Made by a program: the position numbers and the translations under genes
The notes under the pieces: generated by a model
What the model was told of the DNA's origin: nothing
The model's input: only the letters and a program-made list of their open reading frames with translations
Database searches by the model: none
In this document: positions 43,268 through 53,483 of the stretch, piece after piece
Numbering within the stretch: the first letter of the stretch is position 1
How the letters are laid out: every line of letters begins with the position of its first letter
Source of the DNA: Paeniglutamicibacter sp.
GTDB taxonomy: Bacteria > Actinomycetota > Actinomycetes > Actinomycetales > Micrococcaceae
Direction: 5' to 3'
Assembly (NCBI RefSeq): GCF_046714615.1
Contig: NZ_JBKKAP010000055.1
Span: forward strand, 3,342 to 67,341
Length of the DNA: 64,000 nucleotides

Positions 43268-43975
43268 ATGTTCTACCAATTTATGAAGAGGTTCATCGTC
43301 GGGCCGCTCGTAAACGTGCTCTTCCGCCCGTGGGTCAAGGGGCTGGAAAACATTCCGGAATCGGGCGGCGCGATCCTGGCCAGCAACCACCTTTCGGTGT
43401 CCGACTCGATCTTCCTTCCCGTGGCCGTGAGCCGCCCGGTGATCTTCCTGGCGAAGATGGACTACTTCACCGGCAAGGGCCCCAAGGGCCGGATCACCGC
43501 CTGGTTCTTCCGGATGATCAACCAGTTGCCGATGGACCGCTCCGGCGGGGCCGCCAGCGCGAACTCCCTGGGCGCCGGCGCCCAGGCACTGCTCGACGGA
43601 AGCCTGCTGGGCATCTACCCCGAGGGCACGCGCAGCCCGGACGGGCGCCTGTACCGCGGCAAGCTCGGGGTCGCGAAGCTGGCCCTGGAGGCAGGGGTCC
43701 CGGTCATCCCGATCGCCATGATCGGCACCGACAAGGTCCAGCCCATCGGCAAGCGAGTCCCGAACATCCGCCGCGTGGGCATGATCATCGGCGAGCCCCT
43801 GGACTTCTCCCGCTACGCCGGGATGAGCGAGGACCGCTTCGTGCAGCGCTCGGTGGTCGACGAGATCATGTACGCGATCATGCGCCTCTCCGGGCAGGAA
43901 TACGCCGACACCTATGCCGCCACCGTCAAGGCGCAGCTGGATGCCGAACGCCGCGAGGCAGGCAAGAAGAAGTAG
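43268..43975 (+). CDS. plsC: 1-acyl-sn-glycerol-3-phosphate acyltransferase
   Basis: NHLSVSD, YPEGTRSPDG. Confidence 0.9.
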   Translation: MFYQFMKRFIVGPLVNVLFRPWVKGLENIPESGGAILASNHLSVSDSIFLPVAVSRPVIFLAKMDYFTGKGPKGRITAWFFRMINQLPMDRSGGAASANSLGAGAQALLDGSLLGIYPEGTRSPDGRLYRGKLGVAKLALEAGVPVIPIAMIGTDKVQPIGKRVPNIRRVGMIIGEPLDFSRYAGMSEDRFVQRSVVDEIMYAIMRLSGQEYADTYAATVKAQLDAERREAGKKK

Positions 43976-44069
43976 CCGGATCCGCCGCGGACCTGCGGCA
44001 CTGTGAACCCGATGCGTCCGCGGGTTACGCCGTAAATGCCCGGCAAGCCCCGAAGCGGTTTACCCTTAT

Positions 44070-45470
44070 ATGGTGACTCAGCTATCTTCGACTTCCTCAA
44101 TGCCCGGACGTTCCCCGGCCGGTCCCGCTGCCGACCCCGCACTGGACATCTGGCGCACCCTGCCGATTGCCCAGCAGCCGACGTGGAGCGAGCACCAGCA
44201 CTATGCCCAGGCCGTGTCCGAGCTCGGCTCCCGCCCGCCGCTGGTCTTTGCCGGTGAGGTCGACGTGTTGCGTGAGCGCCTGTCCGAGGCCGCACAGGGT
44301 CGGGCCTTCCTGCTGCAGGGCGGCGACTGCGCCGAGACCTTCGACGGGGCGACCGCCGACAAGATCTCCGCACGCGTGAAGACCATCCTGCAGATGGCAG
44401 TCGTGCTGACCTATGGCGCCTCGATGCCGGTCATCAAGATGGGGCGCATGGCCGGGCAGTTTGCCAAGCCGCGTTCCTCCAACGACGAGACCCGCGACGG
44501 GGTGACCCTGCCGGCATTCCGCGGCGACATCGTCAACGGCTACGAGTTCACCCCCGAATCCCGCGCCCACGACCCGCGCCGCATGGTGGAGGCCTACAAC
44601 ACCTCCTCCGCCACGCTGAACCTGATCCGCGCCTTCACGCAGGGCGGCTTCGCCGACCTGCGATCCGTGCATTCCTGGAACGCCGGCTTCATGGCCAACC
44701 CGGCGCACACCGCCTACGAGCAGCTTGCCGGCGAGATCGACCGCGCCGTCCGCTTCATGGCGGCCTGCGGAGCGGACTTCGAGGCGCTCAAGCGCACCGA
44801 GTTCTTCGCCTCCCACGAGGCCCTGCTGCTTGACTACGAGCGTGCGCTGACCCGCACCGACTCGCGCACCGAGCTGCCCTACGACACCTCCGGCCACTTC
44901 CTGTGGATCGGTGAGCGCACCCGCCAGCTCGACGGCGCGCACGTCGACTTCCTCTCCCGCGTCCGCAACCCGATCGGCGTCAAGCTCGGCCCGAGCACCA
45001 CGCCCGAGGACGCCTTGGCGCTCATCGAGAAGCTTGACCCGAACCGCGAGCCGGGCCGCCTGACCTTCATCACCCGCATGGGTGCGAAGAACATCCGCGA
45101 GAAGCTGCCGAACCTGGTCGAGAAGGTCACCGCCTCCGGCGCCCAGGTCCTCTGGGTCACCGACCCGATGCACGGCAACACCGTCACTTCCGAAAACGGT
45201 TACAAGACCCGCCGCTTCGACGACGTCATGGACGAGGTCCGTGGCTTCTTCGAGGTCCACGATTCGCTGGGCACCTACCCGGGTGGCCTGCACGTGGAAA
45301 TGACCGGCGACGACGTGGCCGAGTGCCTGGGAGGAGCCGACCCGATCCGCCAGGAACAGTTCGACGACCTCTACGAGTCGGTCTGCGACCCGCGCCTGAA
45401 CCACAAGCAGTCCCTGGAAATGGCCTTCCTGGTCTCCGGTGCCCTGGCCAAGCGCGGAGTCCGCGGCTAG
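44070..45470 (+). CDS. Class II DAHP synthase
   Basis: LQGGDCAE, GRMAGQFAKPRS, WIGERTRQ, DPMHGNT, CDPRLN. Confidence 0.96.
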   Translation: MVTQLSSTSSMPGRSPAGPAADPALDIWRTLPIAQQPTWSEHQHYAQAVSELGSRPPLVFAGEVDVLRERLSEAAQGRAFLLQGGDCAETFDGATADKISARVKTILQMAVVLTYGASMPVIKMGRMAGQFAKPRSSNDETRDGVTLPAFRGDIVNGYEFTPESRAHDPRRMVEAYNTSSATLNLIRAFTQGGFADLRSVHSWNAGFMANPAHTAYEQLAGEIDRAVRFMAACGADFEALKRTEFFASHEALLLDYERALTRTDSRTELPYDTSGHFLWIGERTRQLDGAHVDFLSRVRNPIGVKLGPSTTPEDALALIEKLDPNREPGRLTFITRMGAKNIREKLPNLVEKVTASGAQVLWVTDPMHGNTVTSENGYKTRRFDDVMDEVRGFFEVHDSLGTYPGGLHVEMTGDDVAECLGGADPIRQEQFDDLYESVCDPRLNHKQSLEMAFLVSGALAKRGVRG

Positions 45471-45489
45471 CCACGTCCCGCCAGAATGA

Positions 45490-45536
45490 CGATGGCCGGG
45501 TTCCTTCCCCCTTGGGGGAGCGGAACCCGGCCATCG
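45490..45536. terminator. Hairpin between convergent genes
   Basis: gatggccgggttcc...ggaacccggccatc. Confidence 0.65.
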
Positions 45537-45603
45537 GTGTTTCTTCGGTGGATCGCGGAGAACTCCGGAAGGGCGGAGCTTGCGACGGTGAAGGATTCGG
45601 GTC

Positions 45604-47748
45604 TTAGACCACCACGAGCTTGATGGTCGAACCTTCCGGGGCGCTGCCGCCGTCAGGGGTCTGGAACCTCACGGTCCCGAAGAAACCGCCGAATTCCTCG
45701 CGAACCTCCACCTGGAATCCCAAGCCTTCTAGGATGCTGCGCGCTTCGCCGACCTGTTTGCCCTGCATGTTGGGCACCTTGACCATCCGCGGCCCGCGCG
45801 AAACGGCGTACTCCACCGTCGTGCCGCGCTCAACCTGCCCGCCGGCCGGCCTCTGGGACATGACCTGCCCCGAGGGCACCGTGTTGCTGTATTCCTTGCC
45901 GGAGGACTTGCCCTTCAGCCCTGCCTGCTTCAAATCGTCCTCCGCCTGCTTCGGGGTCAACCCCACAAGCGAAGGGACATCCACGGGGGCAGGCCCGAGG
46001 GAGATGACAAGTGCGATCTTGCTGCCGCGACGCAGTTTTTTCCCGGTTTCCGGGTCATGGCCGAGCACCACGCCCTCGTCGATTTCCTCGGAGTATTTCT
46101 TCGTGACCTTGCCCGGGGCAAGGTTCGCGGCCTTCAGGTCCTTTTCGGCCGCGGCCTGCGTGCGGCCGGTCAGGTTCGGGACGGAAAAGAGTTCGGGACC
46201 CTTGGAGACCAAGAGCTGGAGACCTTGAAATCGGCGGATCGTTTCCCCTGCGGCGGGTTCACTTCCAACCACGAGGCCGCGCTCAAGTTTTTCGTCGAAG
46301 ACCTCGCGGGTGCCTGCCTGCACGCCGGTCGCCGCAAGCTGCTGCACGGCCGAGGTGCCGGAGACTCCGGTCAGCGTCGGGATCTGGAACGGGGCCCCGG
46401 GGCCCATGCCGAAGAACAGGCTGACTGCCGCAACGAAGGCTGCCAGCAGGGCCAGCAGGATCCCGATGAGCCACTTGCGCCGGGCAGGGGACCTGGGGGC
46501 CAGCTGGCGGGTCGGGATCTGTGCATCCTTGCGCCAGGCGAGCTCGGCCGCCTTGGTATTCTTCTTGGCCTGCCTGGCGGAGACCGGTCGCTGAGGCTGT
46601 ACCTGCAGCGCCTGGGTGTGGCTCTGGTCGGACGGCAGGGCGCCATCGAATGAACCCGACAGCACCTGTGTGTGGTCCGACCCGCCAGCCAGCACGGTGG
46701 TGTCCTGCGAATCCAGGCCCAGGGCCCGCGTGGGGTCCTCTGGAGAGGGAAGACCCTCGTCGGCGGACGCGCGTCCGGCCGCCGCGGAATCCCGGTATTC
46801 CTGTGCCAGGGCCAGGCGGTCGTGCACGGTGGTGTGGGCGGTTGTCGCCGGCGGAATCAGGTCCTTGAGCCCGCCAAGGGTTTCGGAGCCCAGGTCAAGC
46901 TGGTCCTTGGAGAGCGAATCGTGGATCTGTTTCAGGTCGCTGAGCAGGAACGACGCGTTCTGCGGCCGGTCCTCCGGGTCCTTGTTGGTGCAATAGGCCA
47001 CCAGCTCGTCGAGCTCCGTCGACAGCCCGGGCACCAGCGCGGACGGCGGCGGGACATCGTCGTTGATGTGCTTGAAGGCCAGCCCGTAGGCGCTTTCGGC
47101 GGTGAAGGGCTGGCGCCCGGTGAGCAGTTCGTAGGCGATGATCCCCACGGCGTAGATGTCGCTGCGCTCATCGGACGGTTCGCCCTTGGCCAGCTCGGGG
47201 GAGATGTACGCGGCGGTGCCGAAGAAGTTGGTGGCATTGGTGTGTGCCGAAGCGGCACGGGCCAGCCCGAAGTCGGCGACCTTGATGCGTCCCTCGTCGG
47301 AAATCAACACGTTGGCTGGCTTCATGTCGCGGTGCACGATGCCTTCCTCGTGCGCCACCGACAGCCCGGTGCAAATGGCCTGCAGCACCACCAGCGCCTG
47401 GCGCGGGGTGTAGCGGCCGCGGTCTGCGAGGGACTCTCGCAGGTTCAGCCCGCGCACGTATTCCATCACCAGATAGGCGGTGGTGCCCGAGACGTGGTGG
47501 TCGCGGATCCCCACGATGTTGTCGTGGGTGAGGCCGGCGGCAATGATCGCCTCGGAGGCGAATCGCTCCAGGACAACGGCGTCGGAGGCCAGGTGCGCGT
47601 GCAGGATCTTCACGGCGACGGTGCGGTGCAGCCTGACGTCCATGGCGCGGTACACGGTGGACATGCCGCCGTCGGCGATGCGGGCATCGAGCCGATAGCG
47701 TTCATCAAGCGTCGTGCCTATGCGGGGGTCGGTGTGTGGCTCTGTCAC
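45604..47748 (-). CDS. Ser/Thr protein kinase with TM and PASTA repeats (PknL-like)
   Basis: VAVK, HRDMKPANV, DFGLAR, SD.YAVG; TM segment; four PASTA-like units; next to DAHP synthase. Confidence 0.93.
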   Translation of the reverse strand: MTEPHTDPRIGTTLDERYRLDARIADGGMSTVYRAMDVRLHRTVAVKILHAHLASDAVVLERFASEAIIAAGLTHDNIVGIRDHHVSGTTAYLVMEYVRGLNLRESLADRGRYTPRQALVVLQAICTGLSVAHEEGIVHRDMKPANVLISDEGRIKVADFGLARAASAHTNATNFFGTAAYISPELAKGEPSDERSDIYAVGIIAYELLTGRQPFTAESAYGLAFKHINDDVPPPSALVPGLSTELDELVAYCTNKDPEDRPQNASFLLSDLKQIHDSLSKDQLDLGSETLGGLKDLIPPATTAHTTVHDRLALAQEYRDSAAAGRASADEGLPSPEDPTRALGLDSQDTTVLAGGSDHTQVLSGSFDGALPSDQSHTQALQVQPQRPVSARQAKKNTKAAELAWRKDAQIPTRQLAPRSPARRKWLIGILLALLAAFVAAVSLFFGMGPGAPFQIPTLTGVSGTSAVQQLAATGVQAGTREVFDEKLERGLVVGSEPAAGETIRRFQGLQLLVSKGPELFSVPNLTGRTQAAAEKDLKAANLAPGKVTKKYSEEIDEGVVLGHDPETGKKLRRGSKIALVISLGPAPVDVPSLVGLTPKQAEDDLKQAGLKGKSSGKEYSNTVPSGQVMSQRPAGGQVERGTTVEYAVSRGPRMVKVPNMQGKQVGEARSILEGLGFQVEVREEFGGFFGTVRFQTPDGGSAPEGSTIKLVVV

Positions 47749-47850
47749 TTATCGATCGTAACCAGTGGGTAGGGGATGGGTGGAGTCCGCAACACGGGGA
47801 CCGCGAGGTTCTTGCGTTGCCCGTGTTGCCCGGCTTGGAGCCGAAATGCA

Positions 47851-47888
47851 GGTGAGGGGCCGGTTCCCGTGGAACCGACCCCTCACCT
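47851..47888 (-). terminator. Hairpin downstream of whiB1
   Basis: ggtgaggggccggttcc...ggaaccgacccctcacc. Confidence 0.6.
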
Positions 47889-47914
47889 CGAGGTGCTGTA
47901 AAGCACCGATCTAC

Positions 47915-48163
47915 CTAGGAGGCGCGACGGGCCCGTGCTGCCCGGCGCTTGAGCGCCCGACGCTCGTCTTCGCTCATGCCGCCCCAAACGCCTGCATCCT
48001 GGCCGGATTCGATGGCCCAGGCCAAGCAGGTGTCCACTACAGGACACCGCCGGCAGACACTCTTGGCTTCTTCAATCTGGAGCAGGGCCGGTCCGGTGTT
48101 TCCTACCGGGAAGAAAAGTTCCGGGTCCTTGTCCAGACAGGCCGCGCGGCTACGCCAATCCAT
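47915..48163 (-). CDS. whiB1: WhiB family regulator WhiB1
   Basis: MDWRSRAACLDKDPELFFPVGNTGPA, C..C..C, GVWGG; RBS aaggag. Confidence 0.93.
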   Translation of the reverse strand: MDWRSRAACLDKDPELFFPVGNTGPALLQIEEAKSVCRRCPVVDTCLAWAIESGQDAGVWGGMSEDERRALKRRAARARRAS

Positions 48164-48491
48164 GCTTGTTGATGCTCCTTGGGTGTAGGAAAAGTGAGGG
48201 GGATCGCCCAGCGTAAAAAGCCGGGGCAAAAGCAGTGCGGCGGGAGAATTGCCATACCCGAACGACTGCCTAACAAGGTTTTCATGTTACGTTCACGTAA
48301 ACAAGAGTCCTGTGTTGCGAATACCTCCACATCCTTGAGTGCTTGGTCACAAGCACCCGTCTTGAGGGTCTGGCGAACAGGTTTTCCTGGCCGTGACAAG
48401 GGTATTTTTTAGCTCTTTGGGCGGTCATTTGTCACACCGGGCCATGCTCCGGCTTTCGTCTCGGGGATGGTGCCCGTACTAGATTTGATGC

Positions 48492-48938
48492 GTGATGAAC
48501 CAGCCAGCGTCAAAGCCCAGCCGCCCCGCGATCCAACGCCGCCCGATCTCGGTGCTGCTCATTTCGGGGCTGTTGGTCCTTGAGGGCCTCGCTGTCCTCT
48601 TCTTCTACGCACTGACCTACGCCATGGCCCTGGGTCAGCCCGGCGAGTTGGGCATGGGCGCCCGCATCTTCATGCTCGTGTTGATCACCGCCGCCGGTGC
48701 CTGGCAGCTGTGGGTGGCGCACCACTTCTTCAGGGCACGGGCCTGGACCCGCGCGGCCGTCCTGGTCTGGCAGGTCTTCCAGATCATCCTGGCCTTGCAG
48801 ATCGCCATGCCGGTCGACGTGCTGATGGCCTGGCTGTGGCTGGTTCCCGCGGCGCTGATCCTTGTGCTGCTCTTCGACCCGCGCACCACCGCGTTCCTGG
48901 GTGATCGCCCGGCGCCGGACGCCCGACCCGGGAGCTGA
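48492..48938 (+). CDS. Membrane protein (about 4 TM)
   Basis: Four hydrophobic segments, W.R.A..VWQ motif. Confidence 0.7.
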   Translation: MMNQPASKPSRPAIQRRPISVLLISGLLVLEGLAVLFFYALTYAMALGQPGELGMGARIFMLVLITAAGAWQLWVAHHFFRARAWTRAAVLVWQVFQIILALQIAMPVDVLMAWLWLVPAALILVLLFDPRTTAFLGDRPAPDARPGS

Positions 48939-48982
48939 CCCAGCGGCGCGATCCGGCACCGGCTCCGCCCCGCGCGGGTGGA

Positions 48983-51900
48983 TCACGGCGTCCGGTTCAC
49001 GCACTGGATCTGGCGGATGGTTCCGCGATCAATGGCCATCGCCCGTCCCCGCACACTCGTGGTGGCGGCAGGAAGCCTGAACCCGCTGGGATCGGCATCC
49101 GCCCCGAATTGCGGGTCAAGCACCAGGAACGAGCGCTGGTCCCGCACCACCGCGGAGAGCCCCAGTTCAAAGAGCAGGCGAGCGGACGGTTCGGCGCTGA
49201 GGATCACCTGGAGGTGGGCGCCCAGCAGCACTTCGGCGGCCCGCGAGGCCTGCGACGCACGCAGGTCCGCACGATCCACCAGCACCCTTGCCGCCAGCGG
49301 GTGCAGCCCAAGGAACTGCTCGGCGTGCGTCGGCAACTCGTCCTCCAAGCCCAGATGCACGGTGTGCCCGGCCCCCGATCCGTCAAGCGCGGCGAGGTGT
49401 TCCAGCAGCGTCCTCTTGCCCGCACCTTCGTGCCCAATGACCAATCCGCACGGCCCGGGGGACCAGATGAAGGGCCGGTTGTCCGGGCCGCAGACCCCGA
49501 CCGCCAACGCCGGCGGCGTCCCTGTGGCACCACGTCGCCCCTCCGCATGGGCCGAGGCGCCGGTTGCCAGGTCCGCCGACGACAGGACCTCGGGCAGCGG
49601 CAGCGAACGCAGCCAGGTCTCGGGCACCGGGCCCGGGGGGAGCGGCATGGACGCGGCCCCGTCCAGCAGCTGGAATTCGGTGCCGCGGGGCGGCCCATCG
49701 GGTGCCAGGAGCACGCCCCGGCCCACGTGGGAGGCGACCTTGTGCAGCTGCGGCCACCCCATGAGCACCTCTGGGCCGGCACCGCGCGGAAAATACCAGC
49801 GGGTTTCGCACAGCGATGCCGCGCGCGAACCTGTCAGGTCCCGGTCCCCGCACACCGCCAGGGCGCGTCCCAGTCCCGGCGCGGTGCGCGCAAAGCCGGC
49901 CAGCAGCGCCTCAAGCCCCATGAACGCATTCCCCTCGAGTGCCTGGGCCCAGCCTCCGAGTCCGCACACCACCAGGAGCAGCGGCTGGACGCACCCGGGG
50001 TCCCCGAGTTGCAGCAGTAGCTCGGTGATGCGCCAGGGGTCGCCGGGCCCGAAGTAGCCGGCCACCGCCGGATGGTCGCGCAGCTCGCCCAAGGTGCCGT
50101 TGCCGTCCAGCAGCACGGCGGGCATCCTCAAGGCACCGCGGTTCACGGCGTGGACCAGCAGTTCGGGCACCTGCTCGATGCCTGACCCCGGGAGCCCGCA
50201 CACCATCAGCCGGGCCGTGGCCTGCGGGTCGAAGAACAGGGGTCCGGCCTGCGACAGATGCGGGCGATCCAGCATCCCGACCACACCCTGGTGCCCCAGC
50301 ACCTGTTTGAGGACAGAACGGGGGATCGCGGGCAGGCGTTGGGGGAGCGCGGCCGAAAACGGGTTCGGGGCGGGCTCGACGTCGCGGTGCCGCTCGCTGA
50401 TGCATTCAACCAGCGCGGTCAACTCCGCATCGGTCCCGCTCTGCCCCGGAACCTCGCCAACCACCGAGGCAGTGGCAGCGGCGGGTTCCGCGGCCGGCAA
50501 GTCCTCGTCAAACATCACGTCGCCCAGGCTCACGCCGAATCCCCGCAGCCGGGCCGGGACACTGGGGCGGGCGTTGACGCGGGCCCGGAACTTCACCGGG
50601 GGACCTCCGCCGCGCCGGAAATACGCCATGCCGGGGGTCGCTGCGTCCAGCCGGGCCGCAGCGGCCGAGCCGATCAGGTCGTTGGACTCGGATTCGCCAA
50701 TGGTGCGCAGTGCGATGACGGACCCGATGTTGGCGCGCAACGGCGCGCTGATGGTCCCGGCCGGCCGCTGTGTGCTGAGGACCAGATGGATCCCCAGCGA
50801 ACGGCCGACCGTGGCGATGTGGACCACCCGCTCCAGCGCCTCGGGAAGCGCGGTGGCAAAGACGCGGAATTCGTCGATCAGCACGACGAGCTTGGGCAAC
50901 GGCGGATCGGAGGCGGTGCGTGAGCGCAGGTAGTCCCGGTGGTCGGTGGCCGCATGGCGCGCCAGGAAGGACTCACGCCGGTGCAGCTCGTGCCCCAGCA
51001 GGTCCAGGATCCGTTCGCCCGCGGCGGCATCGAGGTCGGAAACGAAATTCTGGACGTGGGGCAGCCCGCACAGCGGCGCCAGCGTGGCCCCGCCCTTGAA
51101 ATCGACGAGCATGAAGGCCAGGGCGTCCGGTCCGGAACCCGCGGCCAGGCCGAGCACCAAGGAGCGCAGCAACTCGGATTTTCCCGAACCGGTGGTTCCG
51201 GCGACCATGAGGTGCGGCCCGTCAGCGTCGAGGTCCAGGTGCAGCGGTCCCTCGGCGGTGTCCCCGATGACGGCGCCGGTGCGGGGCCCGGTGGGCGGAG
51301 CTGGCGCGGAGCCTGGTTCCGGGCCGGAAATCAGCGCGGCATCCATCGGCAACATGCGCCGGATGGCGCGCGCCAAGGTGTCGAATCCGATCCCTTCCAA
51401 CGACACCGGCAGGGAATGCTCCCGGTCGGTGCTGGCCGGGTCCGGTCCCAGTCCGGGGAGTGGTCCCGGCAGCGGGTGTTCCGCCGATCCAGGGCCACGG
51501 CGTAAGGCCGGGCCCGCGGATCCCGGGGCCCTGCGCCGGGGATTGTCGCTCGCCGGTGGCGCGGGCCGGAGCCATGGATTTTGTTCCAGGCCCGAAGGCT
51601 GCAGGACCAGCCGACGGGATTGGCAGTCGACGTGCACCTCGGCACCGGCGGGGGCGGGGCCGCCGCATTGGAACCACACGGTCGAATCGGCCTCCGTGGA
51701 ACCCAGCTGATCCGGGTGGGGCTGCCGGGACGCAGCGGGCTCGGTGCGCAGCACGATCGTGGCGCAACCGGCGGGGGGCAGCGGCGCATGCCCGGGGAGC
51801 ACCTGGACACCGGGCAGCATCGCGAATTCGGAGGGCAGGAATCCGGCAGGTCCCAGCACCACCACGCGCAGCGATCCGGTGGCCAGCAGCGGCAGCCACC

Positions 51901-53098
51901 GCACCAGCACGCCGCGCAGCAACGGGCCCCAACCGGACTCCTGTCCCTGGAACCACACGGTGGCACCGGCGTGCAGGAGCACCGGAACCGGGGAATCCGG
52001 CAGGATGCCGGGATCCGCCGGCACTGCCGGTGCCGGGTCGGGGCCGGAGGCCTGGAACCCGGCGGGCGACCTGCCGCGGCGCCGCCGGAGGTGCCCTGCC
52101 GTGGCAGCGCGTGTACCGCTGCGCACCAGCCGCGGGGCGGGCGGGTCGGAGCCGGATCCGCTGCACAGCCAGGCTGCCAGCCGGCCGTGCCCAAGGACCA
52201 GCGCCGGGAAACCCGCCCCGTCCACGGCAACGCCGCCGGCGAGCCCGGCCGCCACCGCTCCGAGGGACGGGGCCAGATCCTCGCGCCGTTTCGCATCGGC
52301 CGCCGTCGCCCGCGCCCAGGCGCGCCGGAAGCGGGCCTTCGCACGAAGCACCAGCAGCGCGGGCAACCCGCCGGTGAGCAGTGAAATCGCGGAGAAGGCC
52401 AGGAAGAACACGCTGCGCGTCATCAGGAACAGCCCCAGACCCAGGCCCAGCGGCGCCAGCGCGCCGACAAGCAACATCGCCAGTCTGCTGCCGGGCTCGT
52501 CTGCCGTGATCGGGACCGGATCCAATGGCCACCGCGCCGGGACCGGCGCGAGCCCGCGTGCCGGAAGCACCGCGAAGCTGCTCTCCCCGGCGCTGAAGGA
52601 ATCCCCAATCAGCAGGCGCCGCTCCAGGATCGGCGTCTGGGCGAACCACACCCCGTTGGCCGATCCCTCGTCGCTGAGCACGATTGACGTATCGGTCACC
52701 CGCAGCAGGGCGTGGCGGCGCGAGAGCCCCAGATCCCCGATGGACAGATCGACGTCGCCGCGGCCCAGCGCGTAGACCCCCCGGCGCAGTGGCAGCGTCC
52801 CGCCGGGATCCGGGCCACGCATCACCACGAGCACGGCCGGATCGTGGCCGCCGGGGCGCGGGGCGCCGCGCGGGTCAGCTGCCACGGGCGTGTCGCAGAG
52901 CAGGAGCCTGCCCTCCCGTGGCAGCCGCGCAACGTCTTCTAGCGCCCGCCCGGCCAGATGCCAGCCGATGCCCGGCCACCGGCGGGCCAGCGCGGCGGCC
53001 AGCGAAGGGCCGGTGACCGACTCGGCGGCGGCCAGCTCCAGCAGCACGGGCTGGGCAAGCGCCGGGGAGGAGAGCCGGATATAGAGTTTCCTTGCCAC
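48983..53098 (-). CDS. FHA-domain FtsK/SpoIIIE (EssC/EccC-like) ATPase
   Basis: FHA (LGRG...SRRHA...SANG), two TM, intact ATPase (DGPH..VAGTTGSGKSE, DFKGG, IDEF, STQRP, NI..IALR), two degenerate ATPase domains; GTG start at 53098 inferred. Confidence 0.85.
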   Translation of the reverse strand: MARKLYIRLSSPALAQPVLLELAAAESVTGPSLAAALARRWPGIGWHLAGRALEDVARLPREGRLLLCDTPVAADPRGAPRPGGHDPAVLVVMRGPDPGGTLPLRRGVYALGRGDVDLSIGDLGLSRRHALLRVTDTSIVLSDEGSANGVWFAQTPILERRLLIGDSFSAGESSFAVLPARGLAPVPARWPLDPVPITADEPGSRLAMLLVGALAPLGLGLGLFLMTRSVFFLAFSAISLLTGGLPALLVLRAKARFRRAWARATAADAKRREDLAPSLGAVAAGLAGGVAVDGAGFPALVLGHGRLAAWLCSGSGSDPPAPRLVRSGTRAATAGHLRRRRGRSPAGFQASGPDPAPAVPADPGILPDSPVPVLLHAGATVWFQGQESGWGPLLRGVLVRWLPLLATGSLRVVVLGPAGFLPSEFAMLPGVQVLPGHAPLPPAGCATIVLRTEPAASRQPHPDQLGSTEADSTVWFQCGGPAPAGAEVHVDCQSRRLVLQPSGLEQNPWLRPAPPASDNPRRRAPGSAGPALRRGPGSAEHPLPGPLPGLGPDPASTDREHSLPVSLEGIGFDTLARAIRRMLPMDAALISGPEPGSAPAPPTGPRTGAVIGDTAEGPLHLDLDADGPHLMVAGTTGSGKSELLRSLVLGLAAGSGPDALAFMLVDFKGGATLAPLCGLPHVQNFVSDLDAAAGERILDLLGHELHRRESFLARHAATDHRDYLRSRTASDPPLPKLVVLIDEFRVFATALPEALERVVHIATVGRSLGIHLVLSTQRPAGTISAPLRANIGSVIALRTIGESESNDLIGSAAAARLDAATPGMAYFRRGGGPPVKFRARVNARPSVPARLRGFGVSLGDVMFDEDLPAAEPAAATASVVGEVPGQSGTDAELTALVECISERHRDVEPAPNPFSAALPQRLPAIPRSVLKQVLGHQGVVGMLDRPHLSQAGPLFFDPQATARLMVCGLPGSGIEQVPELLVHAVNRGALRMPAVLLDGNGTLGELRDHPAVAGYFGPGDPWRITELLLQLGDPGCVQPLLLVVCGLGGWAQALEGNAFMGLEALLAGFARTAPGLGRALAVCGDRDLTGSRAASLCETRWYFPRGAGPEVLMGWPQLHKVASHVGRGVLLAPDGPPRGTEFQLLDGAASMPLPPGPVPETWLRSLPLPEVLSSADLATGASAHAEGRRGATGTPPALAVGVCGPDNRPFIWSPGPCGLVIGHEGAGKRTLLEHLAALDGSGAGHTVHLGLEDELPTHAEQFLGLHPLAARVLVDRADLRASQASRAAEVLLGAHLQVILSAEPSARLLFELGLSAVVRDQRSFLVLDPQFGADADPSGFRLPAATTSVRGRAMAIDRGTIRQIQCVNRTP

Positions 53099-53276
53099 GG
53101 GCACCGCCCTTCGCCGCTGGTGATCGTCTTTCCGCTCTTGCTGAACCGGGCCTGGCAGCACCGGCGGCAGCGTTTCCGGCGTCGACCGGATCCGCTCCCA
53201 ATCTAGGGTTCCCGGCGGCGGCCCGGCGCCAAGGGGTTGCCGGGCTGTGGACGCATCGGGCCTGGCGCCTGGCCAT

Positions 53277-53285
53277 TTATCCACA
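53277..53285 (+). promoter_or_regulatory. Perfect DnaA-box sequence in the ftsK/tadA divergent region
   Basis: TTATCCACA; related CTGTGGA in the opposite orientation at about 53245. Confidence 0.4.
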
Positions 53286-53483
53286 GATTTGGCAGGAGCC
53301 TTGAAGCGGGCGCGGAGCGCGGGTAGGGTCGCGGTATTGCGTCTAGCAACTAACTGGATATCGCCGCTCACGAGCCATATGGGGAGCGCCGCAAGGCCAC
53401 CCCCAAGCACCGCCTCCCCACATGCTTCGGCGAACGGCGCCTCTCCCGGTCACCCCGGGAGCGGATCACGGTAGGGAAGCACG

